Of a stretch of 64,000 nt of DNA, positions 1 through 13,226 are shown piece after piece; the stretch's first letter is position 1, and each line of letters begins with the position of its first letter. The stretch covers positions 2,888,282-2,952,281 of the forward strand of contig MU054400.1 of the NCBI GenBank assembly GCA_013239625.1, in the 5' to 3' direction. The notes below the pieces were generated by a model. The model was not told the DNA's origin, did not search any database, and saw nothing but the letters and a program-made list of their open reading frames with translations. Position numbers and translations under genes: made by a program. The DNA is from Lama guanicoe (lineage: Eukaryota).

Positions 1-399
1 GCTCTTTGGAATTCAAAGCAGCAACAAAAGAGCTAGTTAAATATTTGAATAGCTAAAGTATATGTCTATTCATTCCCATGGAAATTGCTAAAAGAGGCTG
101 TCCTCCTTTCTCCAGAGGAGTCAGAGTCATTGAAATCCCAAAGCTTTTCATCCTGTCAAACATTCCTTTGAAGAGCAGGACATTTACATCTCCATAACAG
201 ACCAATTCAACATTAGTGGTAATAAAACTTGGGTGCGTGGAAGGACTCCGGAATATGGTACCCATTTACTCCAGCCTCTGGGGATGCAGGAATGACTTAA
301 TGAGAACTAGATTACTATTGCCCGATCCCTGTATTAGTTTGGCATCTTCCAGGTGCAAATGTCTCGAACAGTAAATATGCCCTCAGGGAGTAAACATCG

Positions 400-730
400 A
401 GCCCTGGATGTGGCTTGATCCAAGGCCCGAGCAGTATGGCTCTCTTCTGTTAGGCTGGCCAGACTTGGAGACAAACTTCTTTCTCCTGGGTGCGGCAAAG
501 ATGACTTCCATCCAGTCCTGAGGCTAATCCTTCCAGAGGCCCATCCAGCAGGAAAGAGAACATCATTTACGTCAACCTTTGTACACACAGCCCAGGCTTG
601 TTTTGATCAGACTAACTTTAGGCACATGCTGCTTCTTGAGCCAACCACTGTGGGCAGGGGATGGAATTATGCTGAAGTTTTATGTGTGAGCCATTGGTCC
701 CATCTTGAATCTCGTCGGCTGTCTGGGGGT
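400..730 (-). mobile_element. Old MaLR (MLT1-type) LTR fragment
   Basis: Motifs such as 'tgagccaaccactgtgggcaggggatggaattatgctga' resemble MLT1J/K LTRs. Confidence 0.5.
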
Positions 731-837
731 AGGTGGATAAACAAATGAAAATCATTAGTTGAGGAGGAGGAAGTGGATATAGGGTGGCAATCCAAACAGT
801 GGCAACAATAACAAATAAACAAAACAACCAAACAAAC

Positions 838-1191
838 TAGAATAGTCTTCTCAGGACACCATAATTCAAAAATCACAGATTGGTTGGTTTAAACAACAGA
901 CATTTATTTTTTCACAGTTCCGGAGCCTTGAAGTCCAAGATCAGGTGCAGCCAGAAAGGTTCCTGGTGAGGGCCCTCTCCCTGGCTTGCAGACGGCCACC
1001 TTCTCCCTGTGTCCTTATGTGTCCTTTCCTCTGTGGCTTGTGGAGAGAGAAAGAAAGCTCTGGATTAGGACCCCACCCTTATGACCTCATTTAACCTTAA
1101 TTACCTCCTTAAATGCCCAAATACAGCCACAATTAGGGGTTAGGGCTTCAACATATGAATTTTGGGGGGTATATAATTCAGTCCGGAATAC
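838..1191 (-). mobile_element. MaLR solo LTR, MLT1A-like
   Basis: Hallmarks: 'aaacaacagacatttatttt…cacagttc', 'gaagtccaagatcag', 'ctggcttgcagacggccaccttctccctgtgtcct', 'atgacctcatttaaccttaattacctcc', 'gggcttcaacatatgaatttt'. Confidence 0.8.
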
Positions 1192-2041
1192 AAACAAAAC
1201 CAATAACCCCCAGCTATGCCTCCCCAGTTAATCCTGTTTTAGGTGGGCTTTAATCCCCCAGGAGTTGATTCTTTTGATGGTTTTACAGTCCGAGAGTAAC
1301 TGTGCTTAGGTAGCTTCTAATAGGCACCATGAAGAACCCCCAGCCATGCATCCAATTGTGTTGCATCTATTTAATGGCCATGAATTAAGGGATCAAGAAA
1401 CTTCCTGAAGACTGGCCTTTAGTTCTAGGATTCTAGAACTATGAAAGTGTTTGAGAATCACCAGCCCAGAGACCTTGTGCCTTTTGGGACCTCATCTTGC
1501 GTAGTGAAAAGTTGTGATCTCCACAATGAAGATGGAGACCTGAGACTACAGGATCAGAGCCCCTGACATTTTGAATAATGGTGATGTGGCCCAGCTTGAT
1601 AACGAACACATTCCATCAGACCTGGCTCCAAGTGATCTTTGGTTATTAAAAAAAATCAGAATTTCTCCTCAAATAATGAAGATCTCCATCGTTTAGAGAC
1701 TTAACTACATTAATTAAAGGTAATTCCCCAGGTGGTCTCTGAAAATGTGATGAACAGGAACAGTATCTTTGGAACAAAGGCACAACCTTCTAAGGAGATT
1801 GCTTGCAAGGTTACAACTCATTTCTTAATACAATGAGTTTTTTAAAAAACTTCTTGCATTACATTATCATTAACACTTATACATTGTGTATTTATGCACA
1901 CACCTGCATATGCTTGAAAGAGTACGTGTGTGAGCAGATATTCTGTTAACCATATATATCAGAGTCTTTTTGTAAAATAAAACCCTGATATTTTTATAAG
2001 TAATATTATCTTTTAATAAGGTTCACTTGGAACCTCACCAT

Positions 2042-2480
2042 TGTATCAGTCAGCATAGGCTAGGTTATATTGCAGAAACAAATAACCCTTAAAACAGAGA
2101 CGATTATTTCTACTCATGCTCCATGTACAACACAGTGTGTCTGAATAGGTGGCTTCATGGTTCACTGTGACAGGATGAAGAGGAAGTAGAAAACCTATTA
2201 ATCACTATTAAATCTTCTGCCTAGAGCTGCTGTGTGTCATTTCTACTCCCTATTTACTCACTATATTTTACTCACTATATTTTACTCACTATATTTACTC
2301 ACTATTAAATCTTCTGCCTAGAGCTGCTGTGTGTCATTTCTACTCCCTTGTCATTGGCAAAAGCAAGCAACATGGACTGGTGATGGTGGTGGTGGAGGGT
2401 GGTTTCCAGTCCTCTGCTGGGCCAGGAAGGAAAGCGGGCAGGGCAGTGTCTAACATAATCGTGGCCCCAGGTCGCACCAA
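2042..2480 (-). mobile_element. Old MLT1-type LTR containing an internal duplication
   Basis: Begins 'tgtatcagtcagcataggctaggttat…gcagaaacaaataaccc', a typical MLT1J/K terminus. Confidence 0.55.
2202..2348. repeat. Perfect 50-bp direct repeat (2202-2251 and 2299-2348) separated by ~3.5 copies of a 13-14-bp unit (ATTT(T)ACTCACTAT)
   Basis: Read directly from the sequence. Confidence 0.95.
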
Positions 2481-2519
2481 TTTTGGTTCCCCATCAAAGA
2501 ATACAGGGGTGAAAAGTTG

Positions 2520-2760
2520 GAATTCATTCAATTATTCATTCAGCAAACCTTTACTGAGCACCTAAAATGTACCAGGAATGGTGCTCAATGCTAAAAGTAC
2601 AATGCAGACACGAGACAGAAATATCTGTGGCTCATCAAGAACTTCCATTGAGGGGAGATGTTACAACAAGTAAGTAAATAATGAAAACTCAGAGTGAGGT
2701 GAGCTATGACAGGCAAAGAACAGCGTGCCTTGGAAATACAGAAAAGCGCAGTCAGGAGTA
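2520..2760 (-). mobile_element. L2 3' fragment
   Basis: 'ttcattcagcaaacctttactgagcacctaaaatgtaccagg' is the L2 3'-end signature. Confidence 0.65.
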
Positions 2761-3253
2761 ATGAACGCTCCTACTGTCGTCCATTCTTGCTTTACAACTC
2801 AGCCCTGCTATTTTTGCGGGCATCTCATGACCTGTTTTTAAATCTTTCTAGTTGAATCCAATCAGCATTGAGCTATTTGCTGAGTACTTATCATGTGGAA
2901 AGTACCCTGCTTGACACTGTTGTAACTGTTGTGAAGCTTATGGAGGAGAATGAGGAACTGAGGGAAGATTTCTGTTTAACTCATAGCACTGAAAAATCTA
3001 ATAGGAGCAGTAAGGTTACATAAATAATGAATGCAGTGGAGAATGTGGTTCTTATAATAAGAGACAAACAAACCTGCGTGTCAGTGGAGGGTATTTCTGA
3101 TTTGCGGAAAGAAGAAATACTCTGTGATGGAGTGACTTTTAAGGTGGCTTTTGTTGATTAAAGGGAGGTTAATGGTCACAAATGGAGCTTGAAGGTTACA
3201 TTTCAGGTGAAAAAAAACAGCTGGTGCAGACATAAAATTTGGAAGCTCTTTAT

Positions 3254-3344
3254 TTTTTTTTATTGAAGTACAATCACTTACAGTGTGTCAGTTTCTGGTG
3301 TACAGCACAATGTATGCATATCCAAACATGAATTCGTTTTCATG
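3254..3344 (-). mobile_element. Very short 5'-truncated L1 3' end with TSD
   Basis: Poly(T) followed by 'attgaagtacaatcacttacagtgtgtcagtttctggtgtacagc'. The TSD is tggaagc(t/c)ctttat at 3240-3253 and 3345-3358. Confidence 0.85.
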
Positions 3345-3639
3345 TGGAAGCCCTTTATATTCAGGGACTGTGACTACTTTATTCCATTCATTACATCACC
3401 AGCACTTTGTGTCTTGAATCTATCAGGTAGTCAAATGGCAGTTTTCCAACGAATTAATGAATAAATAGGAAAATCAGGCATGTTCATGTAAGGAATGCAA
3501 ACTAACAGTTTAACTGGAAACTGGGGTATTTTAAGGCGAGTCATAAGTGATAAGCTGGAGCCAGGTCGAGGTTCTGAATGTCACTGAGGAGTTTCCTTAC
3601 CCCTATGTTATATAAAACCAGACTGTTTATGGAGGTCTC

Positions 3640-3800
3640 ACAGATACACCAGTTCACTTGATCCTAAAACAGCCCCTTCAGGTGGGCAAGGTGGTAATTA
3701 TTGCTCCGAGGAAGGACTTAGAGAGACCAAGTCACGGCAGGGTATCTGTTAGGAAGCAGGGGTTTCCAAGACTCGAACCCAAGACTTGGAGCCCAAATCT
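3640..3800. mobile_element. MIR fragment
   Basis: Degenerate MIR core/tail: 'gatcctaaaacagccccttcaggtgggcaagg…ccaagtcacggcag…actcgaacccaagact'. Confidence 0.5.
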
Positions 3801-4055
3801 AGTTCCGATCCCTCTCTGTTCTGGGGCCAGAACAGCACTTTTCAGTGTTTGGGAGCAGCAGAAAGGATGATATCATAGCTGTTTCTAGTGAGATATGAGA
3901 AACTGAGAGAGAAAGGGTCCAGTGACAAGAATGTTGGGATAACATGGGAGACTAAACTCCTATAGTGACTGAGCTTGGACAGGTTAGGGTTTCTTTTTAA
4001 CAGAGATGAAGGGTTTGGGGGATAATTTCCACCTCTGCTGGGCCATGGCTTAGGC

Positions 4056-4293
4056 CAGTGTTTCTCAGTCTAGGCACCGCTGATGCTTTGGGATTTAAAT
4101 TCTTTGTTGGGCGGCACAGGGGGGCACTGTCCTGTGTATTGCTGGCTGTTTATCAGCACCCTGGCCTCTACCCAACACGTGTTCATACCACGTGCCCTCC
4201 ACCTCACCCCTCCCCTAGTGACAACCCCAGACGTCTTCAGACATTGCTGAACTTCCCCTGGGAGGCAAAATCATGCCCATTCGAGAACCACCG
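4056..4293 (+). mobile_element. MER20-like hAT-Charlie non-autonomous DNA transposon
   Basis: Termini cagtgtttctc…gagaaccaccg. Internal 'cagcaccctggcctctaccca' and 'gtcttcagacattgc…cccctgggaggcaaaatca'. Confidence 0.8.
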
Positions 4294-5938
4294 ACCTAGC
4301 CAGTCAATTTTGATCAATTTTCAGAAAAGCAGTGAATTTTAAAGGGCACATTGGGCATTTAGTAGGAAAACACTAAGGAAAGCAATGCTGTTTCATCTTT
4401 TGGATTTGGGTTTCTTGCACTGATAGCGGGGAACCAGTTCAAGTGATTCCAAGCAGGCAATGGATGGCCAATAGTCAAGTCATGTGACTGGCATTGCATT
4501 TTCAACAATGTGTTTTCATTTTGTTCTATTTACGGTCATTTTATTCACTTATTTTTATTCAGCACCCGGCTTTATAAGTGTATATAATCCTATTATGTTC
4601 TATTCCATCATGGGAGCTTCCTAATAGAGGAGTGCACAGTAATAAAGTTAGAGAAACATCTTAGCTCTAGTGTCAGCCCCACACATTTCCCGACCGTGGC
4701 TGGATGCAGGAGTGCTGGCGGTGGGGTGCATGGGAGGGAGACGGCGGGTCCCTGGAAAGAAAGGCACAGGTGCTGAAGGATGACATGAAGCAGGTCATCA
4801 CATCCCCAGACTGGAGAGAAGAATTTGAATACAAATGAGAATATCCTGCAATGAGAATCATGGCTGGAAATGCTGTGGTCCCCCTACTCTTTGCAGAGTT
4901 CCATAATAGAAACACAAAAAAACATCCTACGTGGTGCTTCACGTGAGCCGCAGCAAACGTTGCTTTAGAGGAACTGGAAAAAGAATTGGGTTGTTATAGA
5001 TGTATTTATGCACACATATGCCTGTAACTGCGACTACACAGCCGAAATTGCAAAGGCATTTCCAAATGCATGTCATGCGGCAGCAGTCCTTGTGCGAGAG
5101 GCAGGTCTGAGCAGGTCAGCCGAGGTCTCTGAGTCACTGTTTAGGTTTTCCATGGAAATGAACGCTTGGGGGAATTTGACATAAAGTGCTTGCCAAGACT
5201 CTATGTGTTTGTCACTCTCTTTGAGCTGGTCATATCTCTTCTCAGAGGACAACAATCAGGCAGTTTCCTTCCCAAAGACTTGCTCTGAGCACTGACCAAC
5301 ATTGCTTTGCGGAGAGGAGGGAGTTTGGGGCGAATCATAGGCCGTCTTTCCCTCAATGTTGAGACGGTATTAGGGAAATTTGGTGTGTGTGCAACCAGAC
5401 ATCACCTGCCTTTCCTGCAGGGAGCTAGCTGGTGACAGCTGAAAAAGAAAACGTTTATAGAGTGTTTTGAGCTCTCACTAGGGTGGTACCAAAGGAAGAC
5501 AAAGCTTTGATATGATGTCTGTTACTTCTGTTAACTATTAATAAGTAAGCAGAGGCTACCCCTGCCTTTCTCAAAGTTCCAAGCTCTAAACTAACTATTT
5601 GAAAGTCCAGGTTCCATTTTCTGTCCCCTCAGGGAAGAGTGTAAGCTCCTTAGTTAGAGAAAAAGCCTTCAGAATTTGCAAGAGATTTTTTTTTTAAAAA
5701 ACCCAACACTTTGTACAGTTTAATTGTGAGTGACTAGAATGTAGACCAAATGAATTTTCTTTGAAATACCCTTACCTGTTCAATGAAAGAGGAAAGTAGT
5801 TGCAACATTTTTCCCCCTCAAAATTGAATTGGGGCATTTTGCCACATTCTGAGCAAGTCTAGCTCATCTATTCCCACTCGAAGCTTCTGAACTCTAAGTC
5901 CATAGGATTGAAAAATTACTTTTGTCTGATTTTATTTT

Positions 5939-5970
5939 AGTTTTTAATTGAAGTATAGTCAGTTACAATG
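5939..5970 (-). mobile_element. 32-bp L1 3'-tip insertion with 12-bp TSD
   Basis: 'tttttaattgaagtatagtcagttacaatg' flanked by tgattttatttt at 5927-5938 and 5971-5982. Confidence 0.75.
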
Positions 5971-6759
5971 TGATTTTATTTTTTCAAAGCTGCAATAGAA
6001 GCTGACGACTTTTCCCCAATTAAAGTAATAGTTAATCTCTAGTAAGTTTCCCAGCATCCAGCAAGTATTCAGTAAGTATACTGATTTTGAAAATGGCTTC
6101 TGCAGAGCCCAGGCCCTTTTCTCCAGATGAGGACAGAGTGACCCCAAAGCATCTGAATATTCTTGAACAGAAGGAAATCTAGGCCAGCTGACTGAGTGCT
6201 TTTCTTTAAATTGCACATGATCTCACATTTCCAAAATACCCATGCTCAGGAAAGCTGTACAAGGCCACGTGGCAACTTATTCTCAGTCCCATGTGCCTAG
6301 TGATTGGTGCTCTAGACTGCTTGAGCTTGAACGGGCCTCCGTGCCCTTTCTCAGCCTCTGTCTTCACTGAGGAGGAAGCAGACCCTGTGAGCGGGGCAGC
6401 GACTCCCCCAAGGTCATGCAGTTCGTTGCTAACAGCATCTAAAGAGAGTCCTCTCCTGGCATCTAGTCCCGAGTCCTTGTTCCACACTCCTGCCTGGAAT
6501 GCTGGGTTCTGGGTATTGCTCACCTTTAAATATTGTCTACCACGAGGTTTACTGGAGGGTCACAAGTGAGTCAGGAAGGTTGTAAATATGCTTGCAAGAC
6601 AGTGTTGTTTTATGTTGAGTGTGTAGTTTGCATATTGGCATTTTCGTCAGATTCGCTGGACATCATATCGCTATTCTTTTTAAAATGGTTGTTCTTATTC
6701 AACGAGTATTTATTGAGGGTCTGTACTGGGTACTGGCATTGGTGGTGAGCTACATAGAT

Positions 6760-7170
6760 AAGCAAATCCTGCTGGAGTCCCACCAGAGCCTCTCAGCAAC
6801 CACCATCCCCACGTTTATCCCCAGGATCCTGCTGCAAACACCCGTGACTCTGCCCCAGTGCTCTCTCTTAGCAGAAGCCCTTGGCCAATGACAAGTGATT
6901 GTTGGAGGGTAAACGATCCAACTTCCTCATGTTTTGGATGGGAAATCTCTGAGGTGCATTCTGTGCCCTCTCCTCTCTCCAGGTGCACCAGGGATCTGGA
7001 CTCTAGTTATGCGCAGGGTAACCCACTGCATAACACAGCCACTGTGGGCTTCCCTCCATCCCTCTGCCACCAGCTCACTCCCCCTCTAGTGTTCCTGGAT
7101 CCCTTCCCAATAAACTGCCATTACTTGAACCCCTGTGTCAGCGTCTGTTTCAGGGATGGGGAGCCTCTTC
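6760..7170 (+). mobile_element. ERVL solo LTR (LTR16-like) inserted in an L2
   Basis: 'cttggccaatgac', 'ctctgaggtgcattct' and 'cccaataaactgccattacttgaacccctgtgtcagcgtctgttt'. Confidence 0.65.
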
Positions 7171-7189
7171 TAAGTCACTGACTTCATGG

Positions 7190-7720
7190 AGCTCAAGTTC
7201 TAGTAAAGGATACAGACAAGAAATGATACCTGAAGTGAGTAAGGGCCTTTACTGGAACGTGCTGAGGGGGAGGAGATGATAGTGAGTGAGAGGGGTTGAG
7301 AGAGCCTGGGGTTAGACTGGTGAGAGCAGGCCCCTCTGGGATGTGGGAGTTAACCTGAGAAGGGGTGAGGCAGGAGAAGAGCCCGAGGAGAGGATTCTGG
7401 GAGGCGGCAAGGAAGTGTGCTGAGTGAGCAGGAACAGGCAGGAGACCACTGTGGCCATTTCCCAGGGGACGGAGGGGTGGGGGCGGGGGTGGGCTGGGGG
7501 AAGCCACTTCACAGGGACTCTGGTGATCGTCAGAAGTTTACACTAGATGCAATGAGAAGCCTTTAAAGGATGTTAAGCAGGAGAATGCAATCATCTGACA
7601 TATACTTGGAAATGGTTACTCTGGCAGCTCTGTGGGGAAGAGATTCCAGGGAGGCAAGAACGGGACCAGAGACGAGTTAGAAGTTTGCTGTAGAATTCTA
7701 GGTAAGAGATGACAGTCGGT
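7190..7720 (-). mobile_element. L2 fragment (continues from ~6690-6740)
   Basis: 'caatgagaagcctttaaaggatgttaagcaggagaatg', 'ttactctggcagctctgtgggg' and 'ctaggtaagagatga'. Confidence 0.7.
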
Positions 7721-8009
7721 TCTCAGCACCCAGATTCAACTGTTGATGGAAAATATAATTAAATGGAATTTAAATCCAGAGTACCTAGGCACTTATAGCT
7801 TTGTGTCCTGAAACCATTCACCTGTATTTCAGTGGCTCTTAGCACCTTTGAAAAATCTAATGAAATCTGTGGATTTTCTCTCCAGAGAAATGGAAATACA
7901 CATGGAACACAATGTTGAATTTGTGATAGGGGACTGAGAGGTCATGGAGTCAGTTAATAACTATATATATGTATGTGTGTGTGTGTGTTTACATATATAT
8001 TTTTCCCTT

Positions 8010-8490
8010 TTGCCTACGTGTTAGTTAGGATAGGCTCTCTACCATAGTAAATTAGTCCTGAAGTGGAAAATGATTCAAACACGGTAGTTTACTTCTTGCA
8101 TATGGATGAAAGTTGGGCGTTAAATAGCTCAGCTCCATTGGTCCATTGGTGGAAGAACTCGGTTTCCAAACTGTCTGTGTTCACAAAACAATACTGGGAG
8201 GACAAGCAGAGAATTTCTCTGCTATCTTCAAGTCCTAACTCCCAAGTTTGCCTTAAGCATTGTCTTCAGTCTTCATTCTGGACAAGTGGAAGGGGAAAGA
8301 GTGAGCACGGGGCACCATACTTTCCTACATCTCGGTGGGCCGGCCTGGGAGTGGTACCCATTGCTCTGCTCACCTTCCATTGGCTGGAAGCTAATAGTGT
8401 GGCCACAGCTCACCACAAAGAAGGCTGGGGAATGTAGTCTGGTTGTAGGCCCAGGTGAAAAGGGAGATATACAGACTTTAGAGAGCAGCT
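8010..8490 (-). mobile_element. Old MLT1 LTR
   Basis: 'tccattggctggaagctaatagtgtggccacagctcaccacaaagaaggctggggaatgtagtct'. Confidence 0.6.
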
Positions 8491-10329
8491 AGCAGTTCCA
8501 GCCACAATACACATAGTTTTTCTTTACATTTGTCGCATTGGAGGTGTTCAGTGTTACTTTTCTTAAGTACAGTGGACATAAGTTGCACTGGAAGTTTGAG
8601 GGAAGGGAACAGATGTAGCCAACGAAGGCAGGTCAGGAGAATCCGGGACCCTTTGAATCATGATTTCTAGAATGCATTTAACTCAAAGCAAGCCCCCTTC
8701 CTGGTCTGTGGAGATGGGACTTATAGGAAGGTTGTGTCCTTAAACTAGATTAAGTTTAAATTGAAGTGGAAACTTGGCCCCAAACTACACTGTTCTGTGC
8801 CCTGAGGAACTGGAATTAATTTGAAGCAAACGATTACTCACTCCGATGATGTGTCAGTTGGAAAGAGAGGCGATTACATTGTCAACAAAGCGATCCTTTG
8901 CACTCATTTCCTTTCCGCTGCAGTGACCATTCATCCTGCTTCTTTGTGTGAGGTAACAGGCAGTCGGATGCTCGACCAAGCTCTTCTGGAGTGTCCACTC
9001 TGGGCTCGACACTTTCCCTGCAGCAAGGCAGCGCTCAGCTCCTCTTCCGCGTGTCCTTCAGGGAGTGGGTGTGGCCATAAGCTGGAGGTGAAGTGCATTT
9101 CTGTCAGTGAATCAGTTTCCCATTTGCTTCCATATCGCAGTATTAGAGATGCTTTTCTTGCGGGGTGGGGATGATGAGTCTTGCCTTAAAATACAAAGAA
9201 ATTTCAGTTGAAAAGACAGCAAATGTTTATTTCTTTAGCGTTAGAAGAGCTGCTTTTTCTTCTAACATACTGAAACAGTTTTTCTGAAACTTAAAAAAAA
9301 ATCCAGAAATGGCATTCTCTTGAGATCAGAGCCCTTCTAACAATCACATTTGGTGTTTGTGTGATTCAGCACCATAGGGAAGATTAAATTTCCTCCACAT
9401 TGCCTGTTTCTCACTCCTTCCTCTGATCCTCTCCCTTGCATCATAAATACTCCTTTTCAACCACCTAAATTTTAGCTATTTCCTTTGAGGGACATTTGAA
9501 AAGCAATATTTATTGCTATTTATTTTATTTAATTTGAGTCCCAACTTAGAGTTGTTAATATGTTAATGTGCTTTGTTTTTTTGTGTATTTCTCTTCTCTG
9601 AGTGAGGAAGATTGAACTTTCTTCAATATGAGATGGACTTAACTGGTTAATTTCATAATTTAGAGTCTTTGTTGGTCTAGATTCCAAAAGGAGGGGTTCC
9701 CTTAAACTCACTGCAACTACATTTGCTTTTCAAGGAGCCCTTTATTTTGTGGTGAATAAAGTGTCTCTTATTAAATAGAAGATAAAAGATTGTTTGGCAG
9801 GACACTATTCCCAACGGATGAAACATCACAGGAAACTGAGAAATTGTTTCTTTCTGGCCTTATGGGAAAATTTTGCTGGTGAAATTTAGTATTGCAGTTT
9901 TGAGACTACTGCTGAAATCCATCAAGAAAAAGCTGTCTGGACAAGGAATGGTTTTCAGAGGGGAGAGGTACCAACTTGGCGGTGCTTTGCCTGGTCTGTT
10001 AAATTTTCCAAGAACTCTGGGGTATGGTCAAGAAGATTATATTCTCTCTCATGTAATAATTATGTTACTGTTGAAAGGAATTTTGGACTATTTCAGTAAT
10101 TTAGGAATAAGTTTGTCAAAAGTTAGCCTCAGCGAGGCGCCCTTTTATTTGTGCCTATGAAAAAGGGTGTTCTATGTGCCCAAAGAAGAAATGTGTCCGA
10201 GATGAAGCATCCTGCCTCTCTTCTCAGTTGAACTATGGGCTCTGGGTCAATGTGGGCGGATCCACTTTGGGCACCAGACCTGTGTCCTGAGCTCCCAACC
10301 TGAAGCCTAAATACTGGGTGTTTCCCTGT

Positions 10330-10850
10330 TACATTTTCTCCACACAGTCGCCTTATTTGAGATCGGGACCCCTTACCCATGCTGTGAGTCAAACCTCTAA
10401 GCCTATTATCCTTCCTTGGAGATGCTGTGAGAAGCCCCACCATGTGTCTCATTGTCTAAACCCAAGAACTTCATTGTTCATTTCCCATATTCCCCTCAAC
10501 GTGCGATCAGTCATCAAGTCCTTTTGATTCCACTAGATGTGCCCAGCAGCCGCCCCTTCTTTGTCCCTGTCCCACCTCCCCATGGCCCAGTTCAGGCCAC
10601 AGTTCTCTCAGGCTTTGACTTCTCTAGAAGCCTCCTGGACCAGTCTCTTGCCCTCAGTCTTTCTCTCGCATTATCCTCTCTGCAGTCTGCAACCACTTTC
10701 TAAGATCAGTTTTGATCCTGTTCCTTCCTGGCCTGAGGTTGGTTGGTTGGTTGGTTTTCTGCAGTTTTCATGATAGAGTCCAAACTCTTGGCCTGACTCT
10801 TGCATGTGTTTCCCAGTTTCTTTCTCCTTAGCTGTATCAGCCCCTTGACA
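10330..10850 (+). mobile_element. L2 fragment
   Basis: 'tgtctaaacccaagaacttcattg', 'atcagtcatcaagtcc' and 'atagagtccaaactcttggcctg'. Confidence 0.55.
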
Positions 10851-11229
10851 AATGCACTCTAACCATAACTGGACTCTTTACAGTGGGAATGGCCTCCTCT
10901 GCTTTTCCCCATTCTTGGCTAATTTTCCTCTATTGTCCATAAGCCAGAAAACTCTCCCCTACCCCTCCCGCCACCTCCCAGATTCAGCCGGACACTCCTC
11001 CTTTGAGCTCCCACACACACTGGACGTACTTCTAGGAGAGCTGATCCTTGATTGTAAGCTCTTCCTCATCGAATCCTCTGCCATGCCTCCTGAATGAATA
11101 AATGAGGAATGGGTGACTACTTCTAGTGCTTCTCCACATATAAAATTAAACCCTAATTGTAATATTGTAAACTTCGGCTAGTTTTGGCTAAATATTTTGG
11201 AGAATTGGAAAGGCAACTATAAAGGAATG

Positions 11230-11420
11230 GAAAAAACTGGATTTGGCATCAGAAGACTGAGCCTTGCTCAGTCATTACCAATTGTGGCCTTTGGTAAGCC
11301 TGTTGGCCTCTCTGAGTCTCGATCCCTTGTTAAGAAACAGGGATATATTGCAGGATCTGACTGAAGACTAAAGGAGAAGTGTCTGGGGTGGAGGAGGCGC
11401 TTGGTGAATTCTGCTGTCTG
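11230..11420 (+). mobile_element. MIR
   Basis: 'tttggcatcagaagactgag…tgtggcctttggtaagcctgttggcctctctgagtctcg'. Confidence 0.6.
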
Positions 11421-11599
11421 CACAAGCATTATCTGCTGTATTCGTAACCTTTTCATATCTGCAGCTCTCCTTACTGCACCCATGCCAAACACCAGCCTTG
11501 GACATGTAGGGGCGAGTGATTTCACATGGCACGGATCAGAGGGGGCTATTTGCCAGATCTCTGTTTGGTTAGGTGGAGACATACCAATGGCAGGATGGA

Positions 11600-12070
11600 C
11601 ATAGGGAATGGTTCGCCCTCAGCTTTCCCACTGGAAATATGCTGTTGGTGGAAAGTAAGACTTCATATAGTGGGGAAAACAATCAGATAACATGTGTTGA
11701 AAACCTTAAATGTATTTCCCCCTTTTGACCCAGTAATTCCATCTCTGGGATTTATCTTGAGGGAGTGACTTCTGAAAATGGGAGTGAGAGAACCTAAGAC
11801 GTGTAAAGATGTTCATTGCAGCTGTGGTCATTATAGTGAGTGATGGACAATAATCTGAAACGCATAAGCAAGGAGGAGCCACTACGGCATTGCCCTTCAG
11901 TGGGCTCTCTCTAAGAAACATGATTTTGAAAAAAGTACTCAAGTGAAAAAAGGAGTCCAGATATTCAATCCACGACTGAACTAAAATTATGTAAATCAAA
12001 CAAATATAAAAAAACAAGAAGTGACTGGTAGGAAAATGCACTCCATTTTGAAAGGGATTAGTCGTAACTA
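11600..12070 (+). mobile_element. Old L1 (L1ME-like) ORF2-end/3'UTR fragment
   Basis: 'tgctgttggtggaaagtaa', 'ttgacccagtaattccatctctgggatttatc' and 'aagatgttcattgcagc'. Confidence 0.65.
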
Positions 12071-13226
12071 AAATCCACAGGCACAGCCCGGCCTCGCTAG
12101 ACTGAGGACTCACTGTCTTCTGTGAAAACGAATCTTTATTTGGCATTGGGTAGAGGCCAGACCTTCATCCTGCCCTTTAAAACCTGGAAGAAAGCATTCA
12201 GAGGAATACCAATCAGAAGTGAAAGTCAGCTTGGAGCTGAAGTTGGAGCATACCAGGGAAGGAAAGACAAAATGTGCTTGAAAAAGATAGTAATCGTGAC
12301 AACAGCTTTGTAAGGCATTTCTGAGTGTGCAAAGAGTTTTTAGATACATTGTTTCATTTAAATTGGCTCTTCTTTTATGTAGCTTTTTATCCTGCCTATA
12401 AAAATGGCTACAGATCTAAGGAGCTGAGAAACACAGTTACTACTTATTTGGGCTCCATTCCCTTTTATCGGGTCTCTTATCCACCTCTTACCCTGCTGTG
12501 CAGAATTCACTTTGAACCCAGAGAAAATTACCTAGAAGGGAACAGTGGGCCCAGGGAACAAATAGGCATTTCACTGTGAGTTTATTCACTGGGCAACCCC
12601 CAAACATTTGGCAGACCCTTCCTCACACGTGCCTCATGGAGCCTTGTGTTTTAAGAGGCTCAGAGCTGCTGGGATCTGCCCACCATCACACGGCAAGTCA
12701 GTGACGGAATCAGTGTAGAATTGTGATCCCTTTTTTTTCTCTCTTGAGTCCCCATCCAGCCCAAGTGTCATGTTCCTTTTTTTGTACTGTTTGTCTCAGC
12801 TCCAGAAAAGATCTATTTTCTCTTATTATTTTCCCCTAGGTCTGCAATTCAGAACTATGGTGCACTTGTCAAATGCATTGTGTGTTTTCATCCCCTACAG
12901 CTTCCCCTTTCAGTGAGTCGATATTTAGGGGGAAGAGAGAAAGTGAGAAGAAAAGAAATCTGCTCAGAGCCTTTACCTCTAGGTTTTGGCTATTTCTCTC
13001 GAAGACTGTCTCTCGCTGTCTCTTATCTGATTCCAACCTCCATGTTCTCAGGATGATAAATCTTTACACAAAAATCCAAGGGTTCGTTTCCAGGTGTTTG
13101 AGGGGAAGCTTTGGTCCCCAGTGGAACTTTTTGTGGGAGTTTGTTATTTCACAAGGGACAGTGCTGAATGCCTCTGGTTTACGCTTCTCTTTCGAAGTTT
13201 ATTTTATGTTTTGTTGTGGTTTTCAG

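Noticed and set aside
2202..2348. CRISPR-like repeat-spacer array
   Set aside because: There are only two copies, the spacer is derived from the repeat, the context is mammalian and there are no cas genes.
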